From assembly GCF_001677475.2 (NCBI RefSeq), contig NZ_CP015229.1: 64,000 nt of DNA. The stretch is one strand, 5' to 3'. Source of the stretch: Escherichia coli. Lineage in GTDB: Bacteria; Pseudomonadota; Gammaproteobacteria; Enterobacterales; Enterobacteriaceae. Shown here one piece after another: positions 31,529 to 42,944 of this stretch (positions are counted from its first letter, which is position 1; every line of letters begins with the position of its first letter). Made by a program: the position numbers and the translations under genes. The notes beneath the pieces were generated by a model, which was not told the DNA's origin, did no database searches, and saw only the letters and a list, made by a program, of their open reading frames with translations.

Positions 31529-32515
31529 ATGAATAACAGCGCTTTTACTTTCCAGACACTACACCCGGATACCATCATGGACGCTCTGTTTGAGCAAGGG
31601 ATCCGGGTGGATTCCGGTCTTACCCCGCTTAACAGCTATGAAAACCGTGTCTATCAATTTCAGGACGAAGATCGTCGACGTTTTGTCGTCAAATTTTATC
31701 GCCCTGAACGTTGGACAGCCGATCAAATCCTCGAAGAACATCAATTTGCGTTGCAGCTGGTAAATGATGAAGTTCCGGTCGCAGCACCTGTGGCCTTTAA
31801 CGGTCAGACTTTATTGAATCATCAGGGATTTTATTTCGCTGTTTTTCCAAGCGTCGGTGGTCGCCAGTTCGAAGCTGATAATATCGATCAGATGGAAGCG
31901 GTTGGGCGTTATTTAGGGCGTATGCACCAGACGGGGCGCAAACAGCTTTTTATCCATCGCCCGACCATCGGTCTGAATGAATATCTCATTGAGCCACGCA
32001 AGCTGTTTGAGGACGCTACACTGATACCTTCCGGGTTGAAAGCGGCATTCCTGAAAGCGACAGATGAGCTGATCGCCGCCGTTACAGCACACTGGCGGGA
32101 AGATTTCACCGTTCTGCGGCTACATGGAGACTGCCACGCCGGGAATATTCTCTGGCGCGATGGTCCAATGTTTGTTGATCTGGATGATGCACGTAATGGT
32201 CCAGCTATTCAGGATTTGTGGATGTTGCTCAATGGCGATAAAGCCGAGCAGCGGATGCAACTGGAAACTATTATTGAAGCTTATGAAGAATTTAGCGAGT
32301 TCGACACCGCTGAAATCGGACTGATTGAACCTTTACGCGCCATGCGTTTGGTTTATTATCTTGCCTGGCTAATGCGGCGTTGGGCTGATCCCGCGTTCCC
32401 GAAAAATTTCCCGTGGTTAACCGGGGAAGATTACTGGCTGCGACAGACGGCGACTTTTATAGAACAGGCAAAAGTTATACAAGAACCCCCTTTGCAATTA
32501 AGACCAATGTATTAA
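31529..32515 (+). CDS. srkA: Stress-response Ser/Thr kinase SrkA (RdoA)
   Basis: 328 aa; HGDCHAGNILW kinase motif. Confidence 0.9.
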   Translation: MNNSAFTFQTLHPDTIMDALFEQGIRVDSGLTPLNSYENRVYQFQDEDRRRFVVKFYRPERWTADQILEEHQFALQLVNDEVPVAAPVAFNGQTLLNHQGFYFAVFPSVGGRQFEADNIDQMEAVGRYLGRMHQTGRKQLFIHRPTIGLNEYLIEPRKLFEDATLIPSGLKAAFLKATDELIAAVTAHWREDFTVLRLHGDCHAGNILWRDGPMFVDLDDARNGPAIQDLWMLLNGDKAEQRMQLETIIEAYEEFSEFDTAEIGLIEPLRAMRLVYYLAWLMRRWADPAFPKNFPWLTGEDYWLRQTATFIEQAKVIQEPPLQLRPMY

Positions 32516-32531
32516 TCGGAGAGAGTAGATC

Positions 32532-33158
32532 ATGAAAAAGATTTGGCTGGCGCTGGCTGGTTTAGTTTTAGCGTTTAGCGCATCGGCGGCGCAGTATGAA
32601 GATGGTAAACAGTACACTACCCTGGAAAAACCGGTAGCTGGCGCGCCGCAAGTGCTGGAGTTTTTCTCTTTCTTCTGCCCGCACTGCTATCAGTTTGAAG
32701 AAGTTCTGCATATTTCTGATAACGTGAAGAAAAAACTGCCGGAAGGCGTGAAGATGACTAAATACCACGTCAACTTCATGGGTGGTGACCTGGGCAAAGA
32801 TCTGACTCAGGCATGGGCAGTGGCGATGGCACTGGGCGTGGAAGACAAAGTCACTGTTCCGCTGTTTGAAGGCGTACAGAAAACCCAGACCATTCGTTCA
32901 GCATCTGATATCCGCGATGTATTTATCAACGCAGGTATTAAAGGTGAAGAGTACGACGCGGCGTGGAACAGCTTCGTGGTGAAATCTCTGGTCGCTCAGC
33001 AGGAAAAAGCCGCAGCTGACGTGCAATTGCGTGGTGTTCCGGCGATGTTTGTTAACGGTAAATATCAGCTGAATCCGCAGGGTATGGATACCAGCAATAT
33101 GGATGTTTTTGTTCAGCAGTATGCTGATACTGTGAAATATCTGTCCGAGAAAAAATAA
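32532..33158 (+). CDS. dsbA: Periplasmic thiol:disulfide oxidoreductase DsbA
   Basis: Signal peptide and CPHC active site ([13 protein letters not shown]), 208 aa. Confidence 0.97.
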
Positions 33159-33176
33159 TTCAATGTAAATTACATA

Positions 33177-33205
33177 AAGCCCGTGAATATTCACGGGCTT
33201 TTTTT
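33177..33205 (+). terminator. Intrinsic terminator after dsbA
   Basis: agcccgtgaatattcacgggct hairpin plus T run. Confidence 0.8.
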
Positions 33206-33312
33206 ATTATTTAATAAATATAAATACATTCTGATAATGCATCCTGCCGCTGGACATTATTTCAGCATAAGTGGATATTCAAAGTTTTGCTGTTTTATCA
33301 GGGAATATTTAT

Positions 33313-34743
33313 ATGATACGTAAGTCAGCTACAGGTGTCATTGTTGCGTTAGCCGTTATCTGGGGTGGTGGCACATGGTACACAGGTACGCAAATTCAGC
33401 CAGGTGTCGAAAAGTTTATTAAAGATTTTAACGATGCTAAAAAGAAAGGTGAACATTCCTACGCGATGACATTAAGTTATAAAAATTTTGACAAAGGTTT
33501 TTTTAATTCCCATTTTCAGATGCAAATTATATTTGATAACGGTGCACCCGATCTCAATATCAAACCAGGCCAGAAAGTTGCATTTGATGTGGATGTTGAG
33601 CACGGTCCGTTACCCATCACAATGTTAATGCGTGGTAATGTCATCCCCGCACTGGTAGCGGCAAAAGTGAACTTAGTGAACAATGAACTGACACAACCGC
33701 TATTTATCGCCGCGAAAAATAAATCGCCCGTGGAAGCGACATTGCGATTCGCGTTTGGTGGCTCATTCTCTACGACATTAGATGTTGCCCCTGCAGAGTA
33801 TGGAAAGTTTTCTTTTGGTGAGGGCCAGTTTACTTTTAATGGTGATGGTAGTTCATTGTCTAACCTGGATATTGAAGGCAAAGTCGAAGATATTGTTCTG
33901 CAATTATCGCCATTGAACAAAGTAACGGCAAAAAGTTTTACCATTGATTCTCTGGCTCGATTAGAAGAAAAGAAATTTCCGGTTGGTGAAAGCGAGTCGA
34001 AATTTAATCAGATTAACATTATCAATCACGGGGAAGACGTTGCCCAAATCGATGCTTTCGTTGCAAAAACCAGGCTGGATCGCGTTAAAGACAAAGATTA
34101 TATCAATGTCAATCTGACCTACGAACTTGATAAGTTAACAAAAGGGAATCAGCAACTCGGTAGTGGTGAGTGGTCATTGATTGCTGAATCTATTGATCCC
34201 TCAGCGGTGCGCCAATTTATCATCCAGTATAACATTGCGATGCAGAAGCAGCTTGCTGCACACCCTGAGTTAGCAAACGATGAAGTTGCTCTGCAAGAAG
34301 TGAATGCTGCATTGTTCAAAGAGTATTTACCGTTATTACAAAAAAGTGAGCCGACCATTAAACAACCGGTAAGATGGAAGAATGCACTCGGCGAACTAAA
34401 TACCAATCTGGATATCAGTATTGCCGACCCAGCCAAATCCTCATCATCCACAAACAAAGATATTAAATCGCTTAATTTTGATGTGAAGTTACCGCTTAAT
34501 GTCGTCACAGAAACCGCAAAACAGCTTAATTTATCTGAAGGAATGGATGCGGAAAAAGCGCAAAAGCAGGCTGATAAACAAATCAGCGGGATGATGACAT
34601 TAGGTCAGATGTTTCAGTTAATCACGATTGACAACAATACCGCCTCGCTGCAGCTGCGTTATACACCGGGTAAAGTTGTTTTTAACGGACAGGAGATGAG
34701 CGAAGAAGAATTTATGTCTCGTGCCGGACGTTTTGTTCATTAA
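33313..34743 (+). CDS. yihF: DUF945 family protein YihF
   Basis: Start at MIRKSATGVIVALAVIWGGG (476 aa), signal-anchor N-terminus. Confidence 0.85.
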   Translation: MIRKSATGVIVALAVIWGGGTWYTGTQIQPGVEKFIKDFNDAKKKGEHSYAMTLSYKNFDKGFFNSHFQMQIIFDNGAPDLNIKPGQKVAFDVDVEHGPLPITMLMRGNVIPALVAAKVNLVNNELTQPLFIAAKNKSPVEATLRFAFGGSFSTTLDVAPAEYGKFSFGEGQFTFNGDGSSLSNLDIEGKVEDIVLQLSPLNKVTAKSFTIDSLARLEEKKFPVGESESKFNQINIINHGEDVAQIDAFVAKTRLDRVKDKDYINVNLTYELDKLTKGNQQLGSGEWSLIAESIDPSAVRQFIIQYNIAMQKQLAAHPELANDEVALQEVNAALFKEYLPLLQKSEPTIKQPVRWKNALGELNTNLDISIADPAKSSSSTNKDIKSLNFDVKLPLNVVTETAKQLNLSEGMDAEKAQKQADKQISGMMTLGQMFQLITIDNNTASLQLRYTPGKVVFNGQEMSEEEFMSRAGRFVH

Positions 34744-34752
34744 AATACTCAC

Positions 34753-34778
34753 TCGCCTCTGCTCATTCAGAGGCGAGT
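34753..34778. terminator. Hairpin between convergent yihF and yihG
   Basis: ctcgcctctg...cagaggcgag 10-bp stem. Confidence 0.6.
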
Positions 34779-34783
34779 AAAAC

Positions 34784-35716
34784 TTACTTATTCTGACGCT
34801 GTGATGACATGAGAGACGTCAGAAGTCGGTCCTTTTCCTGCCACAGTGAGTTCAGCCATTGCTGAAAATGGCGCTTAAAGCTTTTGTCATTGATGTAATC
34901 GCCATGTAACTCATCGGCAATAGGCTGTAAATCCACATGTACGACAATCCGCGTCAGTTTACCGCTTAACATATCGAAGAACGGCTGACGGTTATTGTCC
35001 GGATAACACAGCGTAACATTAAGCAGTTTATCGAATTGTTTACCCAGTACATTTAGCGCCATCGCAATGCCTGCCGCCTTTGGTGGCAACAAGTTTTGAA
35101 AAGTGGAGTGGGTTTGCTGATGTTTTTCTTGCGTGAAACGGGAGCCTTCAACGAAATTGACAATGGTGGTGGGATGCAGGCGAAACTTTTCACAAGAACG
35201 CCGAGTGGTTTCAACATCTTTACCACGTCGCTCCGGATGACGTAATAAATAAGCGCGGGAATAACGCTTCATAAACGGCATATCCAGCGCCCAGCACGCC
35301 AGGCCAAGAAATGGCACCCAGGCCAGTTGTTGCTTGAGGAAATATTTATTCATCGGAATGTGCTTACGAAACAGCACGCACAGTACGACAATATCTGCCC
35401 AACTACGGTGGTTACAAATAAGCAGATACCAGTTTTTCTTACTTAACCCTTCCAGCCCGTGAACTTCCCATTGCAGGTGTGGGTTCAGATGCAGTAATAC
35501 CGCCAGACCTTCACACCAGCAATACATCATAAAATCACAAAACCGCGAAACCTTTCGCCAAATGACTGGCACAGGTAGCAATAGTTTTACAATCCCGGCA
35601 ATGATGATCGGGACGGAACAAAAAATAGTGACCAAAATGGTCAATACGATACTCAGCAAAAGGGTTATCGCAGCGAGTATTCTCGTCATAATGAATTTAT
35701 TCAAAAGGTTAGCCAT
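34784..35716 (-). CDS. yihG: PlsC-family acyltransferase YihG
   Basis: Start at [10 protein letters not shown] (310 aa); ORF track extends to 35740. Confidence 0.85.
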   Translation of the reverse strand: MANLLNKFIMTRILAAITLLLSIVLTILVTIFCSVPIIIAGIVKLLLPVPVIWRKVSRFCDFMMYCWCEGLAVLLHLNPHLQWEVHGLEGLSKKNWYLLICNHRSWADIVVLCVLFRKHIPMNKYFLKQQLAWVPFLGLACWALDMPFMKRYSRAYLLRHPERRGKDVETTRRSCEKFRLHPTTIVNFVEGSRFTQEKHQQTHSTFQNLLPPKAAGIAMALNVLGKQFDKLLNVTLCYPDNNRQPFFDMLSGKLTRIVVHVDLQPIADELHGDYINDKSFKRHFQQWLNSLWQEKDRLLTSLMSSQRQNK

Positions 35717-35806
35717 AGACAGTACGCTAAAGAAGCGCAAGGCGCAGATTTTAGCAGAAAACGCCCCAAATAACGGATGATCCTTAAGGAGAAAAATAAT
35801 TCATAT

Positions 35807-35956
35807 CTATCCACATTAGAAAAAATCCCATTATCTCAATTATTAGGGAAGGCTTTATTTTTAACTGCATGAAAAACAAAGACAAACATCATACTGTAAA
35901 AAGCATGATAATAAATTAAAAGCGATGTAAATAATTTATGCACAAAGTTATCCACA
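35807..35956. promoter_or_regulatory. polA upstream region with DnaA boxes
   Basis: ctatccaca at 35807-35815 and perfect ttatccaca at 35948-35956. Confidence 0.7.
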
Positions 35957-36079
35957 TGACGATTTGCGAGCGATCCAGAAGATCTACAAAAGATTTTCAC
36001 GAAAAGCGGTGAAAAACTCATGTTTTCATCCTGTCTGTGGCATCCTTTACTCATAATCTGATAAACAGGCACGGACATT

Positions 36080-38866
36080 ATGGTTCAGATCCCCCAAAAT
36101 CCACTTATCCTTGTAGATGGTTCATCTTATCTTTATCGCGCATATCACGCGTTTCCCCCGCTGACTAACAGCGCAGGCGAGCCGACCGGTGCGATGTATG
36201 GTGTCCTCAACATGCTGCGCAGTCTGATCATGCAATATAAACCGACGCATGCAGCGGTGGTCTTTGACGCCAAGGGAAAAACCTTTCGTGATGAACTGTT
36301 TGAACATTACAAATCACATCGCCCGCCAATGCCGGACGATCTGCGAGCACAAATCGAACCTCTGCACGCGATGGTTAAAGCGATGGGACTGCCGCTGCTG
36401 GCGGTTTCTGGCGTAGAAGCGGACGACGTTATCGGTACTCTGGCGCGCGAAGCCGAAAAAGCCGGGCGTCCGGTGCTGATCAGCACTGGCGATAAAGATA
36501 TGGCGCAGCTGGTGACGCCAAATATTACGCTTATCAATACCATGACGAATACCATCCTCGGCCCGGAAGAGGTGGTGAATAAGTACGGCGTGCCGCCAGA
36601 ACTGATCATCGACTTCCTGGCGCTGATGGGTGACTCCTCTGATAACATTCCTGGCGTACCGGGTGTCGGTGAAAAAACCGCGCAGGCATTGCTGCAAGGT
36701 CTTGGCGGGCTGGATACGCTGTATGCCGAACCAGAAAAAATTGCTGGGTTGAGCTTCCGTGGCGCGAAAACAATGGCAGCGAAGCTCGAGCAAAACAAAG
36801 AAGTTGCTTATCTCTCATACCAGCTGGCGACGATTAAAACCGATGTTGAACTGGAGCTGACCTGTGAACAACTGGAAGTGCAGCAACCGGCAGCGGAAGA
36901 GTTGTTGGGGCTGTTCAAAAAATATGAGTTCAAACGCTGGACTGCTGATGTCGAAGCGGGCAAATGGTTACAGGCCAAAGGGGCAAAACCAGCCGCGAAG
37001 CCGCAGGAAACCAGTGTTGCAGACGAAGCACCAGAAGTGACGGCAACGGTGATTTCTTATGACAACTACGTCACCATCCTTGATGAAGAAACACTGAAAG
37101 CGTGGATTGCGAAGCTGGAAAAAACGCCGGTATTTGCATTTGATACTGAAACCGACAGCCTTGATAACATCTCTGCCAACCTGGTCGGGCTTTCTTTTGC
37201 TATCGAGCCAGGCGTAGCGGCATATATTCCGGTTGCTCATGATTATCTTGATGCGCCCGATCAAATCTCTCGCGAGCGTGCACTCGAGTTGCTAAAACCG
37301 CTGCTGGAAGATGAAAAGGCGCTGAAGGTCGGGCAAAACCTGAAATACGATCGCGGTATTCTGGCGAACTACGGCATTGAACTGCGTGGGATTGCGTTTG
37401 ATACCATGCTGGAGTCCTACATTCTCAATAGCGTTGCCGGGCGTCACGATATGGACAGCCTCGCGGAACGTTGGTTGAAGCACAAAACCATCACTTTTGA
37501 AGAGATTGCTGGTAAAGGCAAAAATCAACTGACCTTTAACCAGATTGCCCTCGAAGAGGCCGGACGTTACGCCGCCGAAGATGCTGATGTCACCTTGCAG
37601 TTGCATCTGAAAATGTGGCCGGACCTGCAAAAACACAAAGGGCCGTTGAACGTCTTCGAGAATATCGAAATGCCGCTGGTGCCGGTGCTTTCACGCATTG
37701 AACGTAACGGTGTGAAGATCGATCCGAAAGTTCTGCATAATCATTCTGAAGAGCTCACTCTGCGCCTGGCGGAGCTGGAAAAGAAAGCGCATGAAATTGC
37801 AGGTGAAGAATTTAACCTTTCTTCCACCAAGCAGTTACAAACCATTCTGTTTGAAAAACAGGGCATTAAACCGCTGAAGAAAACGCCGGGTGGCGCGCCG
37901 TCAACGTCGGAAGAGGTACTGGAAGAACTGGCGCTGGACTATCCGTTGCCAAAAGTGATTCTGGAGTATCGTGGTCTGGCGAAGCTGAAGTCGACTTACA
38001 CCGACAAGCTGCCGCTGATGATCAACCCGAAAACCGGGCGTGTGCATACCTCTTATCACCAGGCAGTAACTGCAACGGGACGTTTATCGTCAACCGATCC
38101 TAACCTGCAAAACATTCCGGTGCGTAACGAAGAAGGTCGTCGTATCCGCCAGGCGTTTATTGCGCCAGAGGATTATGTGATTGTCTCAGCGGACTACTCG
38201 CAGATTGAACTGCGCATTATGGCGCATCTCTCGCGTGACAAAGGCTTGCTGACCGCATTCGCGGAAGGAAAAGATATCCACCGAGCTACGGCGGCAGAAG
38301 TGTTTGGTTTGCCTCTGGAAACCGTCACCAGCGAGCAACGCCGTAGCGCGAAAGCGATCAACTTTGGTCTGATTTATGGCATGAGTGCTTTCGGTCTGGC
38401 GCGGCAATTGAACATTCCACGTAAAGAAGCGCAGAAGTACATGGACCTTTACTTCGAACGCTACCCTGGCGTGCTGGAGTATATGGAACGCACCCGTGCT
38501 CAGGCGAAAGAGCAGGGCTACGTTGAAACGCTGGACGGACGCCGTCTGTATCTGCCGGATATCAAATCCAGCAATGGTGCTCGTCGTGCAGCGGCTGAAC
38601 GTGCAGCTATTAACGCGCCAATGCAGGGAACCGCCGCCGACATTATCAAACGGGCGATGATTGCCGTTGATGCGTGGTTACAGGCTGAGCAACCGCGTGT
38701 GCGTATGATCATGCAGGTACACGATGAACTGGTATTTGAAGTTCATAAAGATGATGTCGATGCCGTCGCGAAGCAGATTCATCAACTGATGGAAAACTGT
38801 ACCCGTCTGGATGTGCCGTTGCTGGTGGAAGTGGGGAGTGGTGAAAACTGGGATCAGGCGCACTAA
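36080..38866 (+). CDS. polA: DNA polymerase I
   Basis: 928 aa; [25 protein letters not shown]-terminus. Confidence 0.98.
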   Translation: MVQIPQNPLILVDGSSYLYRAYHAFPPLTNSAGEPTGAMYGVLNMLRSLIMQYKPTHAAVVFDAKGKTFRDELFEHYKSHRPPMPDDLRAQIEPLHAMVKAMGLPLLAVSGVEADDVIGTLAREAEKAGRPVLISTGDKDMAQLVTPNITLINTMTNTILGPEEVVNKYGVPPELIIDFLALMGDSSDNIPGVPGVGEKTAQALLQGLGGLDTLYAEPEKIAGLSFRGAKTMAAKLEQNKEVAYLSYQLATIKTDVELELTCEQLEVQQPAAEELLGLFKKYEFKRWTADVEAGKWLQAKGAKPAAKPQETSVADEAPEVTATVISYDNYVTILDEETLKAWIAKLEKTPVFAFDTETDSLDNISANLVGLSFAIEPGVAAYIPVAHDYLDAPDQISRERALELLKPLLEDEKALKVGQNLKYDRGILANYGIELRGIAFDTMLESYILNSVAGRHDMDSLAERWLKHKTITFEEIAGKGKNQLTFNQIALEEAGRYAAEDADVTLQLHLKMWPDLQKHKGPLNVFENIEMPLVPVLSRIERNGVKIDPKVLHNHSEELTLRLAELEKKAHEIAGEEFNLSSTKQLQTILFEKQGIKPLKKTPGGAPSTSEEVLEELALDYPLPKVILEYRGLAKLKSTYTDKLPLMINPKTGRVHTSYHQAVTATGRLSSTDPNLQNIPVRNEEGRRIRQAFIAPEDYVIVSADYSQIELRIMAHLSRDKGLLTAFAEGKDIHRATAAEVFGLPLETVTSEQRRSAKAINFGLIYGMSAFGLARQLNIPRKEAQKYMDLYFERYPGVLEYMERTRAQAKEQGYVETLDGRRLYLPDIKSSNGARRAAAERAAINAPMQGTAADIIKRAMIAVDAWLQAEQPRVRMIMQVHDELVFEVHKDDVDAVAKQIHQLMENCTRLDVPLLVEVGSGENWDQAH

Positions 38867-39013
38867 GATTCGCCTGAACATGCCCTTTTTTCGTAAGTAA
38901 GCAACATAAGCTGTCACGTTTTGTGATGGCTATTAGAAATTCCTATGCAACAACTGAAAAAAAATTACAAAAAGTGCTTTCTGAACTGAACAAAAAAGAG
39001 TAAAGTTAGTCGC

Positions 39014-39122
39014 GTAGGGTACAGAGGTAAGATGTTCTATCTTTCAGACCTTTTACTTCACGTAATCGGATTTGGCTGAATATTTTAGCCGCCCCAGTCA
39101 GTAATGACTGGGGCGTTTTTTA
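39014..39122 (+). ncRNA. spf: Spot 42 small RNA
   Basis: gtagggtacagaggtaagatgttctatctttcagacc...gccccagtcagtaatgactggggcgtttttt, 109 nt with its own terminator. Confidence 0.95.
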
Positions 39123-39145
39123 TTGGGCGAAAGAAAAGATCCGTA

Positions 39146-39228
39146 ATGCCTGATACGCCATGTTTATCAGGCCAACGGTAAAATCGTAATCTATTGAATT
39201 TACGGGCCGGATATGCCACATCCGGCAC
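39146..39228. repeat. REP-like palindromic units
   Basis: gcctgatacgccatgtttatcaggc and gccggatatgccacatccggc hairpins. Confidence 0.65.
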
Positions 39229-39247
39229 AAGCATTAAGGCAAGAAAA

Positions 39248-39880
39248 TCATTCGCCGTCCTGCGTTTCTTCTACAGGCTGCATCTCGCTAAACCAGGTAT
39301 CCAGTTTCTGCCGCAGCTTGTCCACGCCTTGTTTCTTCAACGAAGAAAACGTTTCAACCTGCACATCACCGTTAAACGCCAGTACAGCTTCACGCACCAT
39401 ATTCAATTGCGCTTTACGTGCGCCGCTTGCCAGTTTGTCCGCTTTGGTCAGCAGCACCAGAACGGCGATATTGCTGTCTACCGCCCACTCAATCATCTGC
39501 TGATCCAAATCTTTCAGCGGATGGCGAATATCCATTAGCACCACCAGACCTTGCAGGCTCTGACGTTTTTCGAGGTATTCGCCGAGCGCGCGTTGCCATT
39601 TGCGCTTCATCTCTTCCGGGACTTCCGCGTAGCCATAGCCGGGCAGGTCAACCAGACGCTTGCCGTCAGCCACTTCAAACAGGTTGATAAGCTGGGTGCG
39701 CCCTGGGGTTTTTGAGGTACGAGCCAGGCTTTTCTGGTTAGTCAGCGTGTTCAGCGCGCTGGATTTACCTGCGTTGGAACGGCCTGCAAAAGCCACTTCA
39801 ATTCCGGTATCGGAAGGTAAGTGGCGAATATCAGGCGCACTCATCACAAAATGCGTCTGTTGATAATTCAAATTAGTCAA
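39248..39880 (-). CDS. engB: Ribosome biogenesis GTPase EngB (YihA)
   Basis: 210 aa; G1 motif GRSNAGKSS. Confidence 0.95.
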
Positions 39881-40150
39881 AGCGGTCGTCTCCGTCAGTC
39901 AAAGCTTTGCGGCGATTATACCTGAACCATAATAAAAGGCGGATTTTTCGGCGTGAGCGTTGTAAGTAAAAGCCATACGCTTTGTGAGACATTGCCGATA
40001 GTCTTTATGCGAAATAGCAGAGAAAATTCTGCGATGCATGTCAAATAAGCCATATAAATCAGTGAATTGCTTTTATATAAAACTCTGAAAATGTGCAAAT
40101 ACTGATGGCGGTTGATTGTTTGTTTAAAGCAAAGGCGTAAAGTAGCACCC

Positions 40151-40393
40151 ATAGAGCGAGGACGCTAACAGGAACAATGACTCAGGATGAGGGTCAGGAG
40201 CGCCAGGAGGCGAAGACAGAGGATTGTCAGGAAGACAAACGTCCGGAGACGTAATTAAACGGAAATGGAATCAACACGGATTGTTCCGGCTAATGGAAAA
40301 ACAGGGTGTGTTGGCGGCCTGCAAGGATTGTAAGACCCGTTAAGGGTTATGAGTCAGGAAAAAAGGCGACAGAGTAATCTGTCGCCTTTTTTC
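40151..40393 (+). ncRNA. csrC: CsrC small RNA (CsrA-sequestering)
   Basis: Many GGA motifs (caggatgagggtcaggagcgccaggaggcgaag...); ends in gcgacagagtaatctgtcgcctttttt terminator. Confidence 0.9.
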
Positions 40394-40461
40394 TTTGCTT
40401 GCTTTCTGTTAGATTCCGCCGCAAATCTATACTGAATAAAACGGCTAAAAGACGAACCATT

Positions 40462-40971
40462 ATGAAACCATCATCTTCAAACTCACGCAGCAAAGGTCAT
40501 GCAAAAGCGCGTCGAAAAACACGCGAGGAGCTGGATCAGGAAGCTCGTGACCGTAAGCGTCAGAAAAAACGTCGTGGTCATGCGCCGGGCAGCCGCGCAG
40601 CGGGCGGAAACACCACGTCAGGCAGCAAAGGCCAGAACGCACCGAAAGATCCACGTATTGGCAGTAAAACCCCTATTCCATTGGGCGTGACTGAAAAAGT
40701 CACCAAACAGCACAAACCGAAGAGTGAGAAACCTATGCTTTCACCGCAGGCGGAGTTGGAATTACTGGAAACGGATGAGCGTCTGGATGCGCTGCTGGAA
40801 CGTCTGGAAGCAGGCGAAACCCTGAGCGCCGAAGAGCAATCCTGGGTGGATGCTAAACTGGATCGTATTGATGAGTTGATGCAGAAACTCGGCCTCTCTT
40901 ATGACGATGACGAAGAAGAGGAAGAAGACGAGAAGCAAGAAGACATGATGCGTCTGCTACGGGGCAACTAA
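40462..40971 (+). CDS. yihI: Der GTPase-activating protein YihI
   Basis: Start at [19 protein letters not shown] (169 aa); basic N-terminus, acidic C-terminus. Confidence 0.9.
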   Translation: MKPSSSNSRSKGHAKARRKTREELDQEARDRKRQKKRRGHAPGSRAAGGNTTSGSKGQNAPKDPRIGSKTPIPLGVTEKVTKQHKPKSEKPMLSPQAELELLETDERLDALLERLEAGETLSAEEQSWVDAKLDRIDELMQKLGLSYDDDEEEEEDEKQEDMMRLLRGN

Positions 40972-41159
40972 CGGATTGCCGCCGTGGGCCTTCCCGTTCT
41001 GCTGATAACCCTTCCGGTTATATGTTATCTGGTGTGGTTATTCGTTAAACTACAGCGGTTGTCGCGGCGACAAAAGTGGCTGCGCAACCGGCTGATGACC
41101 CGAAACGGGCATCCGCCGGTACGCCGTAGCCGCCAGAGACGCCATCGGAAGGAGTGAGC

Positions 41160-42533
41160 ATGTCTGTACAGCAAATCGACTGGGATCTGGCCCTGATCCA
41201 GAAATATAACTATTCCGGGCCACGATACACCTCGTACCCGACCGCGCTGGAGTTTTCAGAAGACTTCGGCGAACAGGCGTTTTTACAAGCCGTGGCGCGC
41301 TATCCTGAGCGTCCATTATCTCTCTACGTACATATTCCGTTCTGCCATAAGCTTTGTTACTTCTGCGGTTGCAATAAGATTGTTACTCGCCAGCAGCACA
41401 AGGCCGATCAGTATCTGGACGCGCTGGAGCAAGAAATCGTCCATCGTGCACCGCTGTTCGCCGGGCGTCACGTCAGCCAATTGCACTGGGGCGGCGGAAC
41501 GCCGACGTATCTGAATAAAGCGCAAATCAGCCGCCTGATGAAGCTGCTGCGTGAAAACTTCCAGTTCAATGCCGATGCGGAGATTTCGATCGAAGTCGAT
41601 CCGCGGGAAATCGAACTGGATGTACTCGATCATTTACGCGCCGAAGGCTTTAATCGCCTGAGCATGGGCGTGCAGGACTTCAACAAAGAAGTGCAACGTC
41701 TGGTTAACCGCGAGCAGGATGAAGAGTTCATCTTTGCACTGCTTAACCATGCGCGTGAGATTGGTTTTACCTCCACCAACATCGACCTGATTTACGGCCT
41801 GCCGAAACAGACGCCGGAGAGTTTCGCCTTTACCCTGAAACGTGTGGCGGAGCTGAACCCCGATCGTCTGAGTGTCTTTAACTATGCGCATCTGCCGACC
41901 ATTTTTGCTGCTCAGCGCAAAATCAAAGATGCTGACCTGCCGAGTCCGCAGCAAAAACTCGATATCCTGCAGGAAACCATCGCCTTCCTGACGCAATCGG
42001 GCTATCAGTTTATCGGTATGGATCACTTTGCCCGTCCTGATGACGAGCTGGCGGTGGCCCAGCGTGAAGGCGTGCTGCATCGTAACTTCCAGGGCTACAC
42101 CACTCAGGGCGATACCGATCTGCTGGGGATGGGCGTTTCCGCCATCAGCATGATTGGCGACTGCTACGCGCAGAACCAGAAAGAGTTGAAGCAGTACTAT
42201 CAGCAAGTGGATGAACAAGGCAATGCGCTGTGGCGTGGTATTGCGCTAACGCGTGATGACTGTATTCGCCGCGATGTGATTAAGTCGCTCATCTGCAACT
42301 TCCGTCTGGATTACGCCCCTATTGAGCAACAGTGGGATTTGCACTTCGCAGATTACTTTGCGGAAGATCTCAAGCTGCTCGCCCCGTTAGCAAAAGATGG
42401 GCTGGTGGATGTGGATGAGAAGGGAATACAGGTGACGGCGAAAGGTCGCTTGCTGATCCGCAACATTTGCATGTGCTTTGATACCTATCTGCGCCAGAAA
42501 GCGCGGATGCAGCAGTTCTCTCGGGTGATTTAA
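41160..42533 (+). CDS. hemN: Oxygen-independent coproporphyrinogen III oxidase (radical SAM)
   Basis: MSVQQIDWDLALIQKYNYSGPRY; CxxxCxxC motif (CHKLCYFC). Confidence 0.95.
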   Translation: MSVQQIDWDLALIQKYNYSGPRYTSYPTALEFSEDFGEQAFLQAVARYPERPLSLYVHIPFCHKLCYFCGCNKIVTRQQHKADQYLDALEQEIVHRAPLFAGRHVSQLHWGGGTPTYLNKAQISRLMKLLRENFQFNADAEISIEVDPREIELDVLDHLRAEGFNRLSMGVQDFNKEVQRLVNREQDEEFIFALLNHAREIGFTSTNIDLIYGLPKQTPESFAFTLKRVAELNPDRLSVFNYAHLPTIFAAQRKIKDADLPSPQQKLDILQETIAFLTQSGYQFIGMDHFARPDDELAVAQREGVLHRNFQGYTTQGDTDLLGMGVSAISMIGDCYAQNQKELKQYYQQVDEQGNALWRGIALTRDDCIRRDVIKSLICNFRLDYAPIEQQWDLHFADYFAEDLKLLAPLAKDGLVDVDEKGIQVTAKGRLLIRNICMCFDTYLRQKARMQQFSRVI

Positions 42534-42600
42534 ATAGTGAATGGCGCTTCGTTTACAAAGTAGAAAACGAAAGCGCCATCAATGTGCTGAGAACAAGATT

Positions 42601-42688
42601 GCCTGATGCGCTACGCTTATCAGGCCTACAAAACCTGTTGAAAATATTGCTTTTGTAGGCCGGATAAGGCGTTCACGCCGCATCCGGC
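42601..42688. repeat. REP/BIME elements
   Basis: gcctgatgcgctacgcttatcaggcctac and gtaggccggataaggcgttcacgccgcatccggca. Confidence 0.8.
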
Positions 42689-42722
42689 ATGAACAAAGAG
42701 CACTTCATCAGCAATCTGAAAC

Positions 42723-42833
42723 TCAACTAAACAGCCCAATCATCGCGGCACACAGCACGGCAGCAACGGCAGTTTGCGGTGTGTGGCTGTCAACTGCGCC
42801 ACTCGATACCAGATTAATTATTGATTCCAGCAT
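42723..42833 (-). CDS. yshB: Small membrane protein (36 aa), YshB-like
   Basis: Minus-strand ORF MLESIINLVSSGAVDSHTPQTAVAAVLCAAMIGLFS; too short for the ORF track; sits between hemN and glnG. Confidence 0.6.
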   Translation of the reverse strand: MLESIINLVSSGAVDSHTPQTAVAAVLCAAMIGLFS

Positions 42834-42944
42834 AATGACTCTCCCCGTTTTCCGGGCAAGATCATACTGAACTTATCGGAACAGTAAAGCGCAAAATACC
42901 AGCAATTTGCGCTCAATAATCAATCTTTACACACAAGCCGTGAA

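Noticed and set aside
38860-38900. Possible polA terminator hairpin (caggcg cactaagatt cgcctg followed by cccttttttcg)
   Set aside because: The stem is only 6 bp with a 10-nt loop and the T run is separated from it; too weak to call confidently from sequence alone.
42538-42580. Imperfect hairpin after hemN (atggcgcttcgttt ... aaacgaaagcgccat)
   Set aside because: Probably the hemN transcription terminator or part of the adjacent REP cluster; it has no T tract and is short and imperfect, so it is not listed as a separate feature.
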